Shown in pieces: positions 60,577 to 64,000 of a stretch of DNA of 64,000 bases. The DNA comes from Thermodesulfobacteriota bacterium (GTDB lineage Bacteria > Desulfobacterota > Desulfobacteria > Desulfobacterales > SURF-7): NCBI GenBank assembly GCA_049320885.1, contig JBMORA010000001.1:210622-274621 (forward strand), in the 5' to 3' direction. A model generated the notes under the pieces. The model was not told the origin of the DNA. It did not search any database and worked only from the letters and a program-made list of their open reading frames with translations. The translations under genes and the position numbers were made by a program. The first letter of the stretch is position 1, and the number at the start of each line of letters is the position of its first letter.

Positions 60577-61803
60577 ATGCGGGAGCGCTTTACCAACAAA
60601 CGGTTCGTTCTGGGAGTCTGCGGCGGCATCGCGGCTTATAAAAGCGTGGAATTGCTGCGCCTGCTGATCAAACAAGGCGCTTCGGTGCGCGTCATCATGA
60701 CCCGCAACGCAGCCGCCTTTGTCGGGCCGCTTACCTTTGAAACCCTTTCCAGCCAGCCGGTTTGCTGCGATCTGTTCCATGACCGGGAGGACGGCGCCAT
60801 TCGCCATATCCAGTGGGCCCGCGAGGCCCATGCCGTGATCATCGCTCCGGCCACGGCCGACATGATCGGAAAACTGGCCAACGGAATCGCCGACGACGCC
60901 CTCAGCACCTTCCTGCTGGCGGTGACCGCGCCCCGGTTGCTCTGCCCTTCCATGAACACCCATATGTATGAAAATATCGCCGTCCAGCGGAACATCGACC
61001 GCCTGGAGGCGGATGGGTACCGGATCATCGAGCCGGATGCGGGCGAGCTGGCCTGCGGCACCACCGGCCCCGGCCGCCTGGCGGATCCCGCCCATATCGT
61101 CGACCGGCTGTATCATCATCTGCGCCGGAAAGACTACAGCGGCAAACGGGTTCTGGTGACGGCGGGTCCCACCCGGGAAGCCATCGATCCGGTCCGCTAT
61201 ATCAGCAACCATTCCTCCGGCAAAATGGGCTATGCCCTCGCCCGGGCCGCGGAATACCGGGGAGCTGACGTGACGCTGGTCTCGGGTCCGACGAATCTGG
61301 CGCCGCCTTCCGGAGTCAAAACCGTTGCGGTGGTTTCGGCCGGGGACATGGCCGAAGCCGTTTTCCAGCATGCCGAGGATGCGGATCTGATTATCAAGGT
61401 GGCGGCAGTGGCGGATTACCGTCCTGTGGAGACCGCCCGTGGCAAGATTAAGAAAACCGCCGCTGAGTTCCATCTCGTCCTGACAAAAAACATCGATATC
61501 CTTGCGGAACTGGGACGGCGGAAAAAAGGGCGGATCCTGGTGGGATTCGCCGCCGAGACCGGAGACCTGGATGAATATGCCCTTCAAAAGCTGCAGGCCA
61601 AACAGCTGGACATGATCGTCGGCAACCTGATCGGTTCGCCGGGTTCCGGCTTCAACGCCGACACCAACCAGGTGACCCTCTATCATGCGGACGGATCCCG
61701 GGAGACGTTGCCGGTGATGTCGAAAGACGGGATCGCCGACCTCATCCTGGACAGTATCTCCGCCCGGCACCTGGGCGGACGGACGGATCATGAACAACCA
61801 TAG
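60577..61803 (+). CDS. coaBC: Phosphopantothenoylcysteine decarboxylase/phosphopantothenate--cysteine ligase
   Basis: GGIAAYK, APATA, PSMN, LACG..G.GRL, TAGPTRE.IDPVRYISNHSSGKMG, AAVADY, GFAAET. Confidence 0.96.
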   Translation: MRERFTNKRFVLGVCGGIAAYKSVELLRLLIKQGASVRVIMTRNAAAFVGPLTFETLSSQPVCCDLFHDREDGAIRHIQWAREAHAVIIAPATADMIGKLANGIADDALSTFLLAVTAPRLLCPSMNTHMYENIAVQRNIDRLEADGYRIIEPDAGELACGTTGPGRLADPAHIVDRLYHHLRRKDYSGKRVLVTAGPTREAIDPVRYISNHSSGKMGYALARAAEYRGADVTLVSGPTNLAPPSGVKTVAVVSAGDMAEAVFQHAEDADLIIKVAAVADYRPVETARGKIKKTAAEFHLVLTKNIDILAELGRRKKGRILVGFAAETGDLDEYALQKLQAKQLDMIVGNLIGSPGSGFNADTNQVTLYHADGSRETLPVMSKDGIADLILDSISARHLGGRTDHEQP

Positions 61804-62497
61804 GGAGAAAGCCTCTCTGCTGCTCGACGAAGTCGAGGCATACCTGCGATACTTGGCCGATATGGGTTGCCGCGGGCTGGATTGCGGACCCGCCGGTCTA
61901 GAAAAACTCCAGCGCTGGGGAATCCCGCCGACGCTGCCGGCCATGGAAAGCCTCGATGATATCCGCAGGGAAATCGGCAATTGTCGCCGGTGCCGCTTGT
62001 GCAGCGGCCGCAGCCGGATCGTTTTCGGGGCCGGGGATCCCCGGGCAAGGCTGGTGTTCGTGGGTGAAGCCCCCGGATTCGAAGAGGACCAGTGCGGTGA
62101 GCCCTTTGTGGGAGCCGCCGGCGAGTTGCTGACCAAGATCATCAAGGCCATCCAATTGACCCGGGAAACGGTGTATATCTGCAATGTCGTCAAATGCCGC
62201 CCGCCGGAAAACCGGACACCATCCCCGGAGGAAATCCGGGCCTGCATGCCTTTCCTCAAACGGCAGCTGGCCGCCATCCGGCCGGAATTCATTTGCACCC
62301 TCGGTTCCGTCGCCACCCACGCCCTCCTGGACACCGCGCGGCCCATCTCCATGATCCGGGGGCAGTTTACCCCTTATGGGGGAGCACTGGTCATGCCCAC
62401 CTATCATCCGGCCTACCTGCTGCGGAATCCGGATAAAAAGCGGGATGTTTGGGAAGACATGAAGAATCTGGCCGGCACCATGGGAATACGGCTTTGA
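61790..62497 (+). CDS. Uracil-DNA glycosylase family 4
   Basis: CRRCRL, GEAPG, PFVG, KCRPPENR, TYHPAYLLR. Confidence 0.93.
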   Translation: MNNHREKASLLLDEVEAYLRYLADMGCRGLDCGPAGLEKLQRWGIPPTLPAMESLDDIRREIGNCRRCRLCSGRSRIVFGAGDPRARLVFVGEAPGFEEDQCGEPFVGAAGELLTKIIKAIQLTRETVYICNVVKCRPPENRTPSPEEIRACMPFLKRQLAAIRPEFICTLGSVATHALLDTARPISMIRGQFTPYGGALVMPTYHPAYLLRNPDKKRDVWEDMKNLAGTMGIRL

Positions 62498-62675
62498 ATT
62501 CATGAATTATATATTGACTTTTTCAGCCCTGACGGTTTACAAAAGCCAATTTTAAGCTATTGATACATGGTTGCAGCGGCGGCTTTTGGGCTTCCGCTGA
62601 ACCTTTTTTCATCACCTTCTGGATTGCAAGCAGTTTCAGCTGGTGTTCCGACATCTCACGAAAGGAGACGCAGGC

Positions 62676-62999
62676 ATGGCGGAGGACAAGAAGGCCAAGG
62701 AAAAACCCATCGAGAAGATGACCGCAAAGGAATTACGGGAGGCGGCCCTGGGTCTGCCCGGGATCGCGGGCGTCCATGGAATGAATAAGGACGAACTGAT
62801 CAGCGCCATCAAGAAAGCCAAAGGAATCAAAGAGGAAGAAGGCGGCAAAAAGGACACGTCCATCCGGGATTTGAAGCAGAAAATCAAAGTCCTGAAAGCC
62901 AAACGGGTCGAGGCGCTGGAGGCCAAGGAATCCAAGCAGGCCGTCAACCTGAGACGGCGCATCAGCCGACTGAAAAAAAGAGCCCGGCGGGCGGCCTAG
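62676..62999 (+). CDS. Small basic protein with Rho N-terminal-like domain
   Basis: KMTAKELRE...GMNKDELISAI and a basic coiled-coil tail. RBS AAGGAG. Confidence 0.75.
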   Translation: MAEDKKAKEKPIEKMTAKELREAALGLPGIAGVHGMNKDELISAIKKAKGIKEEEGGKKDTSIRDLKQKIKVLKAKRVEALEAKESKQAVNLRRRISRLKKRARRAA

Positions 63000-63019
63000 C
63001 GCATGACGCGATACCGTCA

Positions 63020-63655
63020 ATGACCGCGGCCTTTCTGCCGGGAACCGAAACCATGGGGAAAACCTCGCCGAATCCATCCGTCCGGATTCGACCGGGACAC
63101 ATCGCTTTTGATATCGACGGGGTCATCGCCGACACCATGTCGCTGTTCATCGAAATCGCCCGTTCGGATTATCGGATCGACTGGATCCGGTACGAGGAAA
63201 TCACGAGCTATTCCCTGGAGGAGGTCGAAGGCATCGATGCATCCGTGGCAGGGGCCATCATTCAGAAGCTGTTGGATGGGAATTATGACGCGCCGCTTCT
63301 GCCGATCCAGGACGCTCCGGAAGTACTGTCGCGGATAGGCCGCGTACGGACGCCGCTTCTGTTCGTGACGGCCCGTCCGTACCCGGGTCCCATGGCGGCC
63401 TGGCTGGCCGAAACCGCCTCCCTGGAACCCGCGGCGGTGGAAATCGTCGCCACCGGATCATTCGAGGCAAAAACCACCGTGTTGCTCGAACGCGGTATTA
63501 CCCATTTCGTGGAAGACAGGCTGGAGACCTGTTACGGCCTTCAGGCAGCCGGGATCACGCCGATTCTGTTCAAACAGCCCTGGAACCGCCGACAACATGA
63601 TTTCATCGAGGTCGGCTCATGGCGGCAACTGGAAAACATGATTGACTTTGAATGA
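63020..63655 (+). CDS. HAD-superfamily hydrolase (5'-nucleotidase-like)
   Basis: FDIDGVIAD, VTAR, FVEDR, QPWN. The start may be ATG 63053. Confidence 0.8.
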   Translation: MTAAFLPGTETMGKTSPNPSVRIRPGHIAFDIDGVIADTMSLFIEIARSDYRIDWIRYEEITSYSLEEVEGIDASVAGAIIQKLLDGNYDAPLLPIQDAPEVLSRIGRVRTPLLFVTARPYPGPMAAWLAETASLEPAAVEIVATGSFEAKTTVLLERGITHFVEDRLETCYGLQAAGITPILFKQPWNRRQHDFIEVGSWRQLENMIDFE

Positions 63656-64000
63656 GCGCGGAAACCGTCACAGAATGGATCGGGCTGTTTGTCGAGTCGT
63701 TGATGTCCGAAAAAGGCTATTCGGCCAATACCGTCCGGGCCTACCAAAAGGACTTGACGGAATTCCTGAAGTTTACGGCCGGAGAAGGCGGGAAGGAAGA
63801 CAGCCGGAAAATGGATCGGGTGACCCTGGATGGAATCGATGGCCTCCGGATCCGGGCCTATCTCGGTTTTCTGTACAAAAAGGGCAACCGGAAATCCTCC
63901 ATTGCCCGAAAGCTGGCGGCCTTGCGCTCCTTTTTCCGTTTTCTGGTCAAGCTGAAAGTGCTGGACGGGAATCCGGCGGAAGCGGTCATGACTCCCAAAC
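63652..64000 (+). CDS. xerC: Tyrosine recombinase XerC (3' truncated by window edge)
   Basis: Translated by hand from ATG 63652: ...EKGYSANTVRAYQKDL...IRAYL...SSIARKLAALRSFFRFL...NPA...PK. ATGA overlap with the upstream gene. Confidence 0.85.
   Translation, partial: MSAETVTEWIGLFVESLMSEKGYSANTVRAYQKDLTEFLKFTAGEGGKEDSRKMDRVTLDGIDGLRIRAYLGFLYKKGNRKSSIARKLAALRSFFRFLVKLKVLDGNPAEAVMTPK

Noticed and set aside
63652..64000. Tyrosine recombinase as a prophage/island integrase
   Set aside because: The N-terminus matches housekeeping XerC, it is coupled to core genes, and no att site, tRNA or phage genes are visible.

Overview
A gene-dense, GC-rich bacterial chromosome segment with no rRNA, tRNA, CRISPR array or transposase visible. 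Gene content (ricT/PSP1, plant-type dapB, CysK/M-CysRS fusion, many Fe-S proteins, sigma54 regulators) suggests an anaerobic Desulfobacterota (Desulfobacterales-like) genome; that assignment is inference. Housekeeping genes include metG, holB, HU/IHF, tmk, surE, lptD, coaBC, UDG, a partial xerC and a partial plsB-like gene. Envelope genes include a MurU-AmgK-like fusion, kdnA-kdnB, a PBP and a double-length GlmS-like protein. Sulfur/redox genes include SQR-like + DUF1641, Rrf2, CoA-disulfide reductase-rhodanese and an OYE-USP fusion. Several signalling modules and a low-GC higBA cassette are also present. The best candidate for an undescribed system is the co-oriented cluster at 50.7-56.6 kb: a non-MreB actin-fold ATPase whose motifs resemble haloarchaeal volactin, a membrane-anchored Amidase_2, a Zn-ribbon/TM/AMIN protein and two SPFH proteins, which together look like a cytoskeleton-coupled wall-remodelling module. 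A second notable observation is a 38-aa ORF with a strong RBS that aligns without gaps to the Rrf2 C-terminal dimerisation helix and sits directly upstream of the CoA-persulfide reductase. All family assignments come from motif recognition; no database searches were run.
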